A stretch of DNA of 64,000 nt from Bacillota bacterium (GCA_012840225.1 DULU01000088.1:6895-70894), one strand, 5' to 3'. Positions 41,023 to 51,585 are shown, numbered from the stretch's first letter. Program-made: numbers and translations. Notes: a model not told the origin generated them from the sequence alone.

Positions 41023-41673
41023 ATGCCCGTGTTATATTCACTGGCCAAAGCTATTATAAACTTTGTTTTTATTGTTTATTTCCGCCGCCGCATTGAAGGC
41101 TTGGAAAATATCCCGGCACAGGGCGGCTGTCTCATCGCCGTCAATCACCTGAGCTATGCCGATCCACTGCTCGTGGGGTTGGCCTGTCCCCGCCCGGTGC
41201 ACTTTATGGCCAAGGCGGAACTCTTTCGCGTTCCTTTGCTGAAATCCATTTTGCCCCGCCTTCACGCCTTCCCGGTCCGGCGGGGGGCGGCAGACCGCCA
41301 GGCCATCAGAAAGGCGCTAGAGCTGCTGCAAAATGGGGCCGTCCTCGGAGTGTTTCCCGAAGGTACCCGCAACCGCCAGCGCCAAAGCGACGGCGACATG
41401 CTGCCGCTGCACGGTGGGGCGGCGATGCTGGCCCTGAGAACCGGCGTGCCGGTGGTGCCGGCCGCCGTGTGGGGCACCGGGCGCATCGCCGGACCCCTGG
41501 GCCTGCCAAAACCCGTAAAAATCGGCATCCGCTTCGGCCAGCCCATTAACCTGCCGCCGCCGGAGCAAGTTAACAAAGAGAGTGTAGCGGAGGCCAGCCG
41601 CACCATCATGGAGGCTATCAAAAACGTCCTGGATGAAGTCGACCCGCAACAGCACCGGCAGGGCGGCGCATGA
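41023..41673 (+). CDS. plsC: 1-acyl-sn-glycerol-3-phosphate acyltransferase
   Basis: NHLSYAD and FPEGTR motifs. Confidence 0.92.
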   Translation: MPVLYSLAKAIINFVFIVYFRRRIEGLENIPAQGGCLIAVNHLSYADPLLVGLACPRPVHFMAKAELFRVPLLKSILPRLHAFPVRRGAADRQAIRKALELLQNGAVLGVFPEGTRNRQRQSDGDMLPLHGGAAMLALRTGVPVVPAAVWGTGRIAGPLGLPKPVKIGIRFGQPINLPPPEQVNKESVAEASRTIMEAIKNVLDEVDPQQHRQGGA

Positions 41674-41720
41674 AAGGCTTGATTTTTATCCTTTTTCGTA
41701 CCTGTTTTTAGTTAATAGGA

Positions 41721-41745
41721 AGGAGTCAACCTGCAAAAGACGAAT
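41721..41745 (+). promoter_or_regulatory. Putative sigmaH promoter upstream of rpsA
   Basis: AGGAGTC-N14-GAAT. Confidence 0.5.
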
Positions 41746-41863
41746 ATGGCTGCTGAAGCAGCATCATTCTGAACCAGCTGTTAATACTAAACAGCAGGGC
41801 GAGGAGGCCAGGGAAGGCAGGCAATCGCTAAGCACGGAGAGTTTTGGGGGGTACTAAAGGGAA

Positions 41864-43234
41864 ATGGCTGAAACACGCGAAGAGCGCACACAAGAACTGA
41901 CGGAAAAAGTGACGGATGCGGTCGTCGAGACGACCAACGCGGAAACAGGCACGGCAGAAACACCGGCAGAGGCGAACGGGAGCCAGACGACTCCAGAGGC
42001 ACCCACACCGGCCGAGAGAGAAACCGGCTCTGCCGTCACACCCGACCAGCAGTATGCGGAAACGTTTGTCACCCTTGAACCGGGGTCCATCGTCAAGGGT
42101 CGGGTAGTGCAAATCAACAATGATGAAGTGATGGTGGATGTCGGCTACAAAACCGAAGGCCGGATTCCACTGCATGAGCTCGGGTTGAAAGCCGGGCAGA
42201 CACCTCAGGACATCTTGGCCGTCGGTGACGACGTTCATGTCTATATAGTCAAAATCGAAGACGCCGAAGGCAATGTGCTCTTGTCCAAGCGGCGGGCGGA
42301 TATCCGCCTGGTGTGGGATAAACTGGAGCAGATGTACCGGGAGTCGCAGACCCTGGAAGCCAAAGTGACCGAGCGGGTTAAAGGCGGCTTGCTGGTGGAT
42401 GTCGGCGTGCGGGGCTTTTTACCTGCTTCGCATGTGGCGCGCAACTACATTGAAAACCTCGACAAGTTCGTCGGCGAAACTTTGCGCCTGAAGATCATCG
42501 AAATCGACAAACAGCGCAACAATGTGGTCCTCTCCAGGAAAGTCGTGCTGGAAGAGGAATACCTGGCCGCCAAGGAAAAAGTCTTCTCCTCGCTTAAAGA
42601 GGGTATGATCACCGAAGGGGTGGTAAAGCGCATCACCGACTTCGGCGCTTTCGTCGACATCGGCTCGGGGGTGGAAGGGCTCCTGCATGTCAGCGAGATG
42701 GCCTGGAGCCGGGTGAATCATCCTGCCGACGTGGTCAAAGAAGGCCAGGTCATCAAGGTGATGGTGCTGAACATCGACAAGGAGCATGAACGCATCTCCC
42801 TCTCGCTGAAGGAAACCTTGCCCGATCCCTGGGATACGGTCAGCAACCGCTATGTGGTCGGCGAGATCGTGGAAGGTGAAGTGACGCGGGTGGTCGATTT
42901 CGGCGCCTTCGTCAAACTGGAAGACGGCATCGAAGGCTTGGTCCACATCTCGCAGATGGCCGAGCAGCATGTGACCAATCCCAACGAGGTGGTCAAGCCC
43001 GGCGACAAAGTGCAGGTGAAGATCGTGAGCCTGGACGAGCGGGCGCGGCGCATCGGCCTATCCATACGCGAAGCCCTGCCCAAGCAGCCAAAGAAACCCA
43101 GACAGGAGGCTGCCGAATCGGGCGATTATATCGACAAGACCCATGATGCTCCGACCTTCGGCGATGTCTTCAAGGACCTCTCCAAGCTCATCGAGGAGAA
43201 GGCGGAAAACAACGCCAAGAATAACGGCAACTGA
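41864..43234 (+). CDS. rpsA: 30S ribosomal protein S1 (four S1 domains)
   Basis: Repeated FGAFV...EGL.H.S S1 domains; cmk-plsC-rpsA context. Confidence 0.95.
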   Translation: MAETREERTQELTEKVTDAVVETTNAETGTAETPAEANGSQTTPEAPTPAERETGSAVTPDQQYAETFVTLEPGSIVKGRVVQINNDEVMVDVGYKTEGRIPLHELGLKAGQTPQDILAVGDDVHVYIVKIEDAEGNVLLSKRRADIRLVWDKLEQMYRESQTLEAKVTERVKGGLLVDVGVRGFLPASHVARNYIENLDKFVGETLRLKIIEIDKQRNNVVLSRKVVLEEEYLAAKEKVFSSLKEGMITEGVVKRITDFGAFVDIGSGVEGLLHVSEMAWSRVNHPADVVKEGQVIKVMVLNIDKEHERISLSLKETLPDPWDTVSNRYVVGEIVEGEVTRVVDFGAFVKLEDGIEGLVHISQMAEQHVTNPNEVVKPGDKVQVKIVSLDERARRIGLSIREALPKQPKKPRQEAAESGDYIDKTHDAPTFGDVFKDLSKLIEEKAENNAKNNGN

Positions 43235-43407
43235 CTCTGAGCCTGTCCGGCAGGTCGCCGGGAGGCCGTGAGAGGCCGTCGGAGCGGAGCCTTGATGAAG
43301 AGGCCGCCAGATCTTAAGGGGCCTCAGGGGGCCTCCGGGGGCCGTGAGGGGTCGGTTGACCATTAATTAATTCATATTCACACATCACTCCGATCACCAG
43401 TCGCAAT

Positions 43408-43436
43408 GAGCCGCTTCCCAGCCGAAGCGGCTTTTA
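43408..43436 (+). terminator. Rho-independent terminator after rpsA
   Basis: AGCCGCTTC-N6-GAAGCGGCT-TTT. Confidence 0.7.
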
Positions 43437-43528
43437 TATTTCCGCCTTTTGCCTTTGCCCTTTCGCTATTCGCCATTCGCCTCTCGACTTTTCCATTCGC
43501 CTTTCAGGAAACCGGCGCCGGTGCTGCA

Positions 43529-43558
43529 GCATATTGCCTCGGGAAAAAGGGGAATATA
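43529..43558 (+). promoter_or_regulatory. Putative sigmaF promoter of the DUF1614-spoIIP operon
   Basis: GCATA-N15-GGGGAATATA. Confidence 0.6.
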
Positions 43559-43591
43559 CTGCTGGAACAGCCCAAGAAAGGAAGTGCGCAC

Positions 43592-44308
43592 ATGCCTCTT
43601 GGTTTGATTCTCCTCTTTATCCTGGCGGCGATAGTCTACTTCGGCCTGGCGGAACGGGTGTTGGATCGCCTGCGCCTCACAGACACCCAGGCGCTGATCT
43701 TCCTCGCCTTAATGGTGGCGGGGAGCTTCATCACCGTCACCTTGTTGACGGCGCCGTTTGAGCTCACCGTCAATCTGGGTGGCGCTGTGGTGCCCGTCAT
43801 TTTGGCCGTCTATCTCCTGTGGCGCGCCGACAGCACCTGGGAATGGGTGAGAGCGCTCCTGGCCGCCGCCGGCACTGCCGCCGGCATCTGGCTCATCGCC
43901 TCGCTCACCGATTTTGATCCTCCCCAAGCCGATCTTTTCGATCCGCTCTGGCTCTATAGCCTCGTCGGCGGCGTTATTGCCTACCTGCTCGGCCGCTCCC
44001 GCCGGGCGGCCTTTGTGGCCGGTACCCTCGGCGTCATCCTCGCCGATTTAGGTCACCTCGTCCAGGTGTGGCGGCGCGGCCTGCCCAGCACGGTGGCCAT
44101 CGGTGGAGCAGGGGTGTTCGATGCGGTGATCATTGCCGGCATCATCAGCGTCGGTCTGGCCGAACTGGTGGGAGAAACCAGGGAAAGGCTGCAGGGTGGT
44201 CCGGACCTGAGCGAGGAACGCCCGCTGGCTCTGCATCAGGACGAAGGGACGGCAGAAGAAGGCGGAAACTCGCGGCGGCAGTCGGAAAATGAGGAAGAAG
44301 GTGAATAG
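43592..44308 (+). CDS. DUF1614-family membrane protein
   Basis: YFGLAERVLDRLRL, NLGGAVVP, GRSRR, IGGAGVFD. Confidence 0.8.
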   Translation: MPLGLILLFILAAIVYFGLAERVLDRLRLTDTQALIFLALMVAGSFITVTLLTAPFELTVNLGGAVVPVILAVYLLWRADSTWEWVRALLAAAGTAAGIWLIASLTDFDPPQADLFDPLWLYSLVGGVIAYLLGRSRRAAFVAGTLGVILADLGHLVQVWRRGLPSTVAIGGAGVFDAVIIAGIISVGLAELVGETRERLQGGPDLSEERPLALHQDEGTAEEGGNSRRQSENEEEGE

Positions 44309-44309
44309 C

Positions 44310-45500
44310 ATGAAGAAAAGCACCACCGATCGCATTACGAATAGCATGACGGTAAATAGAATAGCCGGCAAATATATATATCTTCCTGTATATCTCCCGG
44401 CGGCGGCGGCCGTGTTGGCCGTGAGCATATTCTTGAGCATGGGTATAATCCTCTGCCTCCATGCTTCGGCAGGAGCGGCCGTGCCCATGACTCCTCTCGG
44501 TGAGGAGTGGGGAGAGCGCCGCGACGGCGGCTATTATCGCATCGTGAACCTGGAGGGCCAGTTTTTGACCACCACCGCCCTCGACATCGACGTGGATGAT
44601 GTGTTCATCGCCGAAGACAACGAGCGGTGGATCATCGACCGCATCGACGGAGACACTGCTTATGCCCGGAGCGACGGCAAAGAGAAGATGCCCACCATCT
44701 TCAATAACTCTCCCGGTCTGGCCGGCATGGCCTGGCAGTGGGCCGCTCAGCTCGTCAGTTCCGCCAGAAGGCAGAACGGCGAAAAAAAGGTGATCGGCAT
44801 ATTCCAAACCCACAACGACGAGTCTTACCTGCCGACCAGCGGTGAGGAATCGGAAACCCCTCAGGGGGATATCCACGAGGTCGGCCTCGCCTTGAAGGAA
44901 AGTTTGGAAAAGCAGGGCTACACCGTCGTATATTCCGATAATATTCATCTACCTCACGATGGCCAGGCTTACCTGAGATCCCGGCGCACGGCCGCCGAAC
45001 TGAGCAAAGATAGGCCGACCACCATCATCGACGTGCACAGGGATGCCGTACCCAATGCCGCCAGCTACCGCACCACCATCAACGGCGAACAGGTGGCCAA
45101 AGTGCGTATTGTGGTAGGCCGGCAAAACCCCAATAAAGCCATGAACCTCAATTATGCCAAACGCCTCAAGGCGGCCATGGACGAACGTTTCCCGGGTTTG
45201 AGCCGGGGCATCTTTATGGCTAAAGGAAACTATAACCAGGATCTCGGGCCGCGGATGATCCTCCTGGAATTCGGCACGCATACCCTCAGCCTGGATGAAG
45301 CGAAGAAAGCTGCCGCTTTGGTAGGTGAAGTGCTGCCGGCGGCCGCCGGCATGGCTCCGGGGACGGGTGCCTCCGCCCAAAGTCAGATGGGGAGTGCCGC
45401 CATGAACACGGTGGCCTGGCTTTTGGGCCTCTCCGTCGTCGGCGGCGGGATTTGGTATTTCCTGAACAAAGAAGGCTTCTGGCGCCGGCGCCGCAACTGA
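44310..45500 (+). CDS. spoIIP: Stage II sporulation protein P (amidase/endopeptidase)
   Basis: THNDESY, AYLRSRRT, IDVHRDA, YNQDL, LLEFG. Confidence 0.88.
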   Translation: MKKSTTDRITNSMTVNRIAGKYIYLPVYLPAAAAVLAVSIFLSMGIILCLHASAGAAVPMTPLGEEWGERRDGGYYRIVNLEGQFLTTTALDIDVDDVFIAEDNERWIIDRIDGDTAYARSDGKEKMPTIFNNSPGLAGMAWQWAAQLVSSARRQNGEKKVIGIFQTHNDESYLPTSGEESETPQGDIHEVGLALKESLEKQGYTVVYSDNIHLPHDGQAYLRSRRTAAELSKDRPTTIIDVHRDAVPNAASYRTTINGEQVAKVRIVVGRQNPNKAMNLNYAKRLKAAMDERFPGLSRGIFMAKGNYNQDLGPRMILLEFGTHTLSLDEAKKAAALVGEVLPAAAGMAPGTGASAQSQMGSAAMNTVAWLLGLSVVGGGIWYFLNKEGFWRRRRN

Positions 45501-45538
45501 AAACGATTAATAATCATCCGCAGAAAGGCTGGCCTTTT

Positions 45539-46102
45539 TTGCAGATCATCTACACCGATTATGGCGGGGCCCATTCCACACAGGTGGCTGCCGCTCTCCA
45601 TCTGGGTATACTTTCCAGGGACAAAACTCCCTCGGCGGAGGAACTTATGGCCCTGCCGCTTTTCGACCGGATCACCAAAGAGCATCACGGCTGCCTGATA
45701 TATATGGGGCGCGACGAGGGAAACAATGATATCTATATCCTGGGGCGGGGGAAAGGGGAGAAAATTGTCGAGCGGGCTATCGCTTGCGGCGCCGCTCTGA
45801 CGCCGGGTGCCGGCCAAATAATGAAGATCCGCTTTTTTTGTACGCTCTCTTGTGTTAATCTGTGGATGCGGATCGGCGGTTACCTGAGCCGGTCGCTCGG
45901 GTGGGTGAGCCTGGGCCGCCCCTTGGTGATATTCGGCACCCGTCGCGCCTTTCCCCAACTGGTGGAGCTGGTGGATGAGGCGCGCCGCCGGGTGGCTGCC
46001 GCTCCCGACACTCCGTTTCTGTTAGGTTCGGACAATGAAGACCTGCTGGCCAAAACCGGCATCACCGCTACCGGGCTGAGCGAACGCCTTCCGGCACCAT
46101 GA
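45539..46102 (+). CDS. DUF3189-family protein
   Basis: IIYTDYGGAHS..AAALHLG and IGGYLSR...GRPL motifs; TTG start inferred. Confidence 0.8.
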   Translation: MQIIYTDYGGAHSTQVAAALHLGILSRDKTPSAEELMALPLFDRITKEHHGCLIYMGRDEGNNDIYILGRGKGEKIVERAIACGAALTPGAGQIMKIRFFCTLSCVNLWMRIGGYLSRSLGWVSLGRPLVIFGTRRAFPQLVELVDEARRRVAAAPDTPFLLGSDNEDLLAKTGITATGLSERLPAP

Positions 46103-47565
46103 GGGGCCGCCAGGCGGCTAAAGCAGGTGCTGGAGGAAGAGTTGTGGCGATCATCAGCGGCATTAAACCGGGTTCCATTGCCGAGGAGGCCGGTCTCGTC
46201 CCCGGAGACGAATTGCTGAGCATCAACGGCCATAATTTGCGGGATGTCATCGACTACCTGCACCTGTCGGCCGGGGAAAGCCTGGTGATGGAAGTCTCCA
46301 AAAAAGACTCCGGCGACATCCTGGAAGTGGAAGTGGAGAAAGACCCGGCCGAAGAGCTGGGCCTGGTCTTTGCCGAGGCCGTCTTCGACGGGAAGCGGTT
46401 TTGTGAAAACCACTGTTTCTTTTGCTTTGTCGACCACAACCCCCAGGGCTTACGCTCCACGCTTTATGAGCGGGACGACGACTACCGGCTCTCTTTCCTT
46501 TCCGGGCATTATATCACCCTCACCAATCTGACTGATGAAGACTGGCGCCGCATTGTGGAACTGAAACTGTCGCCGCTTTATGTTTCCGTGCATACCACCA
46601 ATCCCGACCTGCGCGCCAGAATGCTCGGCAACCGGGAGGCGCGCCTCATCGGCGAGCAGTTGCGCTTTCTGGCCGAGCATGATATCACCGTGCATGCGCA
46701 GATCGTCCTGTGTCCCGGAGTGAACGACGGGTCGGAGCTGGAGCGCACCCTGTCTGACCTGGCTTCTTATTTCCCCGCTGTGGCTTCCGTGTCGGTGGTA
46801 CCGGTGGGGTTAACCAAATATACCAAAAAAGGCGAAGTTGGGGAAAGCGGTGAGGGAAGTGGTGGGAGTAGCGGTGGGAGTAGCGGAGAGGGCAGCGATG
46901 CCCGGCCGCACCCCTTGCGCCCCTATCGCCCGGAGGAAGCGCAGCACCTGGTGCGCGAGATAGAAACCCGGCAAGCCGCCTGCCTTGCCCGCTTGGGCAC
47001 CCGCTTTGTTTGGCCGGCCGACGAATTCTATTTCCTGAGCGGGGCCGATGTGCCGCCCCATGCGGTGTATGAAGATTATCCTCAACTGGATAACGGGGTG
47101 GGATTGACCCGCCGCTTCAGACGGGAATTTCGCCAGGCTTGGCGGGAAGCGCAAGCAGCGGCGGCGGATGCCGCCCTGTTGCCCCGGCGCCGGGAAGCTT
47201 TCAGCCTGGCCACGGGAGTGCTGGGATACCAGGCTCTTAAGCCGCTTTTATCGGTCGTCAAGGCCCATGTCCCGGACCTTTATGTTTATGCCGTACCGAA
47301 CACCTTCTTCGGCGAGACGGTTACCGTGTCCGGGCTTTTAACCGGGACGGATCTGTTGACATACCTGCGCGGCCGCCCGCTGGGAAAAGCTTTGGTCATA
47401 CCCGGCGTCATGCTGCGCTCCTCCGGCGACGAGGCCCATTTTCTCGACGGCCTGTCCCCGGCCGACGTGCAAGCAGAGCTAGGTGTGCCGCTTGTGGCTT
47501 TGCATTCGGCGGCAGATCTGGTAACATTCCTTTGGGAACAGGTAACATGTAGAGGTATATGTTAG
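46099..47565 (+). CDS. PDZ/radical-SAM-like DUF512 protein
   Basis: PDZ-like N-terminus, CENHCFFC, DDDYRLSFL, YPQLDNGVG; upstream of der. Confidence 0.88.
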   Translation: MRGRQAAKAGAGGRVVAIISGIKPGSIAEEAGLVPGDELLSINGHNLRDVIDYLHLSAGESLVMEVSKKDSGDILEVEVEKDPAEELGLVFAEAVFDGKRFCENHCFFCFVDHNPQGLRSTLYERDDDYRLSFLSGHYITLTNLTDEDWRRIVELKLSPLYVSVHTTNPDLRARMLGNREARLIGEQLRFLAEHDITVHAQIVLCPGVNDGSELERTLSDLASYFPAVASVSVVPVGLTKYTKKGEVGESGEGSGGSSGGSSGEGSDARPHPLRPYRPEEAQHLVREIETRQAACLARLGTRFVWPADEFYFLSGADVPPHAVYEDYPQLDNGVGLTRRFRREFRQAWREAQAAAADAALLPRRREAFSLATGVLGYQALKPLLSVVKAHVPDLYVYAVPNTFFGETVTVSGLLTGTDLLTYLRGRPLGKALVIPGVMLRSSGDEAHFLDGLSPADVQAELGVPLVALHSAADLVTFLWEQVTCRGIC

Positions 47566-47574
47566 GAGGTTGGA

Positions 47575-48912
47575 TTGCCGGTGGCCGAAAAACCTATGGT
47601 AGCCATTGTGGGACGCCCCAATGTAGGTAAATCCACCCTTTTCAACCGCCTGGCCGGAGCGCGCATCGCCATTGTGGAGGATCAGCCCGGAGTCACCAGG
47701 GATCGTATATATGCCGATTGCGAGTGGCAGCAGCACCGCTTCACGCTGATAGACACCGGCGGCATCAAAACCAGCCCGGCAGACGTGCTTGAGGCAGCCA
47801 CTTTGGATAACGTCAAATATGCCATAGAAGAGGCCGACCTGATCATCGCCGTGGTGGATGCCCGCGCCGGGGTGACCACCCTTGACCTGGAGATGGCCGA
47901 CATGCTCCGCACCTGCGACAAGCGCATCATCCTCGTGGCCAACAAAGTGGACACCCAGGAAGCGGAAGCCGGGATTTACGAATTCTACCAGCTGGCCTTG
48001 GGAGACCCCTTGCCGCTTTCTGCCGAGCACGGCAAGGGCATCGGCGATCTGTGCGATCTCATTGTGGCCGAGTTACCTCCCCCCGCCGGCGAAGAAGAAG
48101 CGGGCGATGAAATCAAGGTGGCGGTGATCGGCCGGCCCAATGTGGGCAAATCATCGCTGGTAAACGCCATATTAGGCCGGGAGCGGGTGATTGTCAGCGA
48201 TATCCCGGGCACCACCCGCGATGCCGTGGACACCCATTTCCAGCGCCACGACCAGAAGTTCGTCATCATCGACACGGCAGGCATCAGAAGGAAAGCCAAG
48301 GTCGACACCCCGGTCGAGCATTACAGCGTTCTGCGCGCTTTCAAAGCCGTCGACCGCAGCGACGTCTGCCTGATCATGATCGATGCCCAGGACGGGGTTA
48401 CCGAACAGGATAAAAAGGTGGCGGGATACGCCCACGAGGCCGGTAAAGCCTCCATCATCGTGGTGAACAAATGGGATCTCATCACCAAAGACGGCAGCAC
48501 CATGAGCCGTTATGATCGCCTGATCCGGCAGGAGTTGGCCTTCATGTCCTATGCGCCCATAGAATATATCTCCGCCACCCAGGGGCGGCGCCTGAACGAA
48601 CTTCTGGATCTGGTGGAATATGTCGCCCAGCAGCACGCCCTGCGCATCACTACCGGCCGACTCAACGAAGTGATCCAGGAAGCCGTGAGCTTAAGAGAAC
48701 CGCCGACCGACAAAGGCGTGGCCGCCCGCCTCAGATATGTGGTACAGACAGGCGTGAAGCCGCCGACCTTTTTGTTCTTCGTCACCAATCCTCACCTGAT
48801 GCATTTTTCCTACCGGCGCTATCTGGAAAACCAGCTGCGGGCAGCGTTCGGCTTTGTGGGCACCCCATTAGTCATGAACTTTAGATCCGCCAAAGACGAC
48901 GGCGGCAACTGA
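47575..48912 (+). CDS. der: Ribosome biogenesis GTPase Der (EngA)
   Basis: Two GRPNVGKS G-domains and a KH-like C-terminus (YRRYLENQLR). Confidence 0.98.
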   Translation: MPVAEKPMVAIVGRPNVGKSTLFNRLAGARIAIVEDQPGVTRDRIYADCEWQQHRFTLIDTGGIKTSPADVLEAATLDNVKYAIEEADLIIAVVDARAGVTTLDLEMADMLRTCDKRIILVANKVDTQEAEAGIYEFYQLALGDPLPLSAEHGKGIGDLCDLIVAELPPPAGEEEAGDEIKVAVIGRPNVGKSSLVNAILGRERVIVSDIPGTTRDAVDTHFQRHDQKFVIIDTAGIRRKAKVDTPVEHYSVLRAFKAVDRSDVCLIMIDAQDGVTEQDKKVAGYAHEAGKASIIVVNKWDLITKDGSTMSRYDRLIRQELAFMSYAPIEYISATQGRRLNELLDLVEYVAQQHALRITTGRLNEVIQEAVSLREPPTDKGVAARLRYVVQTGVKPPTFLFFVTNPHLMHFSYRRYLENQLRAAFGFVGTPLVMNFRSAKDDGGN

Positions 48913-48988
48913 GCGGCGGGCGGTGGAGACCGGCGGTTCAGCGCCTCTTTATGCTCCATCATTATTCACCCAATCTTCATCCCCCCTG

Positions 48989-49018
48989 ACATAAATGCGC
49001 ATGGTTATCCATATAGAT
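48989..49018 (+). promoter_or_regulatory. Possible sigmaE promoter of spoIVA
   Basis: ACATA-N16-CATATAGAT; imperfect -10. Confidence 0.4.
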
Positions 49019-49089
49019 GTAACACATTCTGTGGGTATGGTCCCACTCTGCCTGGGGAGTAGGGGCCGCTCTCTTGGGAGGGATGCCCG

Positions 49090-50568
49090 GTGGAGAAATT
49101 TGATATTTTCAGAGATATAACCGAACGCACGGCAGGAAGCGTATACATTGGGGTGGTGGGACCGGTGCGTACCGGTAAATCCACCTTCATAAAACGCTTT
49201 ATGGATCTTCTGGTGTTACCGCACATCGAAGACGTCAACGCCAGGGAACGGACCGTCGACGAGTTGCCGCAAGCCGGAGCCGGCCGCCAGATCATGACCA
49301 CCCAGCCTCATTTCGTGCCCGACGAACCTGTGCGCCTCAATCTGGCCGAGGGAATCTCTTTCCAGCTCAGGTTGGTGGATTGTGTCGGCTATCCTGTCGA
49401 GGGGGCCAAAGGCTTCACCGACGAGACCGGTCCCCGCATGGTGCGAACGCCCTGGAACGAGGAGCCCATTCCTTTCCAGCTGGCGGCGGAGATCGGCACC
49501 CGGAAGGTGATTGCCGAACATTCCACCATAGGCCTGGTAGTGGTGACCGACGGCTCGATCACGGATATCCAGCGCGACAGCTATATAGAAGCCGAAGAAC
49601 GGGTCATCAGGGAACTAAAGGAGCTGGGCAAGCCGTTCCTCGTCCTGCTTAATACCACCAAGCCTGAACAGCGCGCCGTGCAGGAGCTGGCGGCAAATCT
49701 GGAGCGCCGCTATGGGGTGAAGGTGATTCCCGTCAACTGCCTGGAGATGACCCAGAGCGATCTCCTGGGCATCCTGCGCGAAGTGCTGTATGAATTCCCG
49801 GTGAGAGAGATCGGCATCGACCTGCCGGCCTGGGTGGAAGAGCTGGAACTGGATCACTGGCTGCACGAGCAGTTCCTGCAGGTGACCAATGAAGCCCTAC
49901 AGCCGGTAGCCCGCCTGCGGGATATCGACGGGGCTCTCTCGGTGATCGCTCAGGCGGAAAATGCTGCCGGAGCCAAGCTGACTTCCATGGAGCTGGGCAC
50001 CGGGACGGCCCGGATTCAGGTGACCGTAGCCGAAGAGCTCTTCTATAAAGTGCTGCAGGAGCTGACCGGCTTTGAGATCAGCGGCAACCATCACCTCATC
50101 AGGTTGATGAAAGAGCTGTCCGTCGCCAAGCGGGAATATGATAAGCTGGCGGAAGCGCTGCAGCAGGTGAAGGAGCACGGCTACGGTATCGTGGCTCCCA
50201 GGTTGGAGGATATCACCTTCGACGAACCCGAGATCATTCGCCGGGGAGGGCAATTCGGCGTCAGGTTGAAAGCCAGTGCGCCATCCTTGCATCTGGTTCA
50301 GGCCAACATCATGACTGAGGTCACGCCGTTTGTCGGCACCGAAAAACAGGGAGAGGAGTTGGCCCGCTATCTGACCGAGGAATTTGAGCACGATCCCGGC
50401 AAGGTGTGGAATTCCGATTTTCTCGGCAAATCTCTGCAGGAACTGATCAGGGAAGGCATACAAAGCAAGCTGACGCGCATGCCGGAAAATGCTCAAGACA
50501 AATTGAGGGAAACCCTGAGCAAAATCATCAACGAAGGCAGCGGTGGGCTGATCTGCATTATTCTTTGA
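49090..50568 (+). CDS. spoIVA: Stage IV sporulation protein A
   Basis: GVVGPVRTGKSTFIKRFM and C-terminal INEGSGGLICIIL. Confidence 0.98.
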   Translation: MEKFDIFRDITERTAGSVYIGVVGPVRTGKSTFIKRFMDLLVLPHIEDVNARERTVDELPQAGAGRQIMTTQPHFVPDEPVRLNLAEGISFQLRLVDCVGYPVEGAKGFTDETGPRMVRTPWNEEPIPFQLAAEIGTRKVIAEHSTIGLVVVTDGSITDIQRDSYIEAEERVIRELKELGKPFLVLLNTTKPEQRAVQELAANLERRYGVKVIPVNCLEMTQSDLLGILREVLYEFPVREIGIDLPAWVEELELDHWLHEQFLQVTNEALQPVARLRDIDGALSVIAQAENAAGAKLTSMELGTGTARIQVTVAEELFYKVLQELTGFEISGNHHLIRLMKELSVAKREYDKLAEALQQVKEHGYGIVAPRLEDITFDEPEIIRRGGQFGVRLKASAPSLHLVQANIMTEVTPFVGTEKQGEELARYLTEEFEHDPGKVWNSDFLGKSLQELIREGIQSKLTRMPENAQDKLRETLSKIINEGSGGLICIIL

Positions 50569-50736
50569 TCCGGCATTCTTTGCACCGGAGCGTTAGCGCA
50601 CAATCGGGCCGCCTCTCCAAACCCCAGGCAATAGCGGTGCGCCGGTTTTCACCAGGCGCACCAGCTTTTTTGCCTTTGACGGCATACGTTGGCTAAAGGC
50701 GGGAGAGTCTATGGGTGAGGAAAGGAGGCGCCGCAA

Positions 50737-51009
50737 TTGAATAAGGCGGAACTTGTCGATAGCGTAGCGCAAAAGGTGCAAATGACCAAAAAAGATGTGG
50801 GCATGGTGGTCGATTCGGCGCTGGAAAGCATCAGCGAAGCTCTGGCAACCGGCGACAGGGTGCAGTTGACCGGTTTTGGTACATTTGAAGTGAGAGAGCG
50901 CGAAGAGCGCCGCGGCCGCAATCCGCAAACCGGCACCGAGATCATCATCCCTGCCAGAAAAGCTCCGGTTTTCCGTCCCGGCAAGGCGCTGAAAGAGCTT
51001 TTGCAGTAA
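50737..51009 (+). CDS. hup: DNA-binding protein HU
   Basis: NKAELV, GFGTFEV, GRNPQTG, PVFRPGKALKE. Confidence 0.96.
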   Translation: MNKAELVDSVAQKVQMTKKDVGMVVDSALESISEALATGDRVQLTGFGTFEVREREERRGRNPQTGTEIIIPARKAPVFRPGKALKELLQ

Positions 51010-51088
51010 AATTGCCGGCTATTAAAAGAGCAGGTAGCCAGGGATAGTGCCGGTCTACTCTGTTTAATTACCACCATCGTTTGCCGAT

Positions 51089-51118
51089 GAGCCCGGTGAT
51101 TTATTCTGCCGGGCTTTT
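51089..51118 (+). terminator. Rho-independent terminator after hup
   Basis: AGCCCGGT...GCCGGGCT-TTT. Confidence 0.65.
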
Positions 51119-51119
51119 A

Positions 51120-51496
51120 AATTGGCTGGGGTAGTTGTAGGTCGGGGTAGTGGTAGACTGGGCTAGTGGTAGGCAAGGCGATGGAAGGGCGAATTTTTTA
51201 CCAAAGTACGGTCGGCTCACTCCCGACTGGCGGCGTCGGAGAGACCGCACCATTCCCCAAGGCTCCTAGCTTGGGTTTTCCTGCAGTCAATCTGATCAGC
51301 AACCATCCATCGCAACCTACTTTGGTAAAATTTTCGCTTACCCCCGCATTTAGGCGCTACTTTGGTAAAAAGTTCGCACCCTCTCCACCGCCGGCCGGCA
51401 CCTCTCGGCAAAATATTTACGCCCATCCTCGTACCGCCGCCGCCATCCCCTCATCCCTAACCGCCTATCCCCGCACTCTTCCACCCCAGATCAATT
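51120..51496. repeat. Composite intergenic repeat element (16-bp tandem x3; 20-bp motif x3 in inverted and direct orientation)
   Basis: GGCTGGGGTAGTTGTA-like x3 at 51124-51171; TACTTTGGTAAAANNTTCGC at 51318 and 51358, inverted at 51189-51208. Confidence 0.75.
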
Positions 51497-51585
51497 ATTT
51501 CCTAAACAGGAATCAAGGACAGATGATGCGAACTTATTAAGTATTATTGTGTACATCGTGTACACCGCATAAGGAGGTAGGACAA

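Noticed and set aside
43240..43350. GGGGCC/GAGGCC-rich stretch after rpsA as an ncRNA
   Set aside because: Looks like degenerate low-complexity repeats with no consistent pairing
40317..49089. Missing aroA, ispH, plsY and gpsA at their usual positions as evidence of pathway loss
   Set aside because: These genes may simply lie elsewhere in the genome; this cannot be judged from the window
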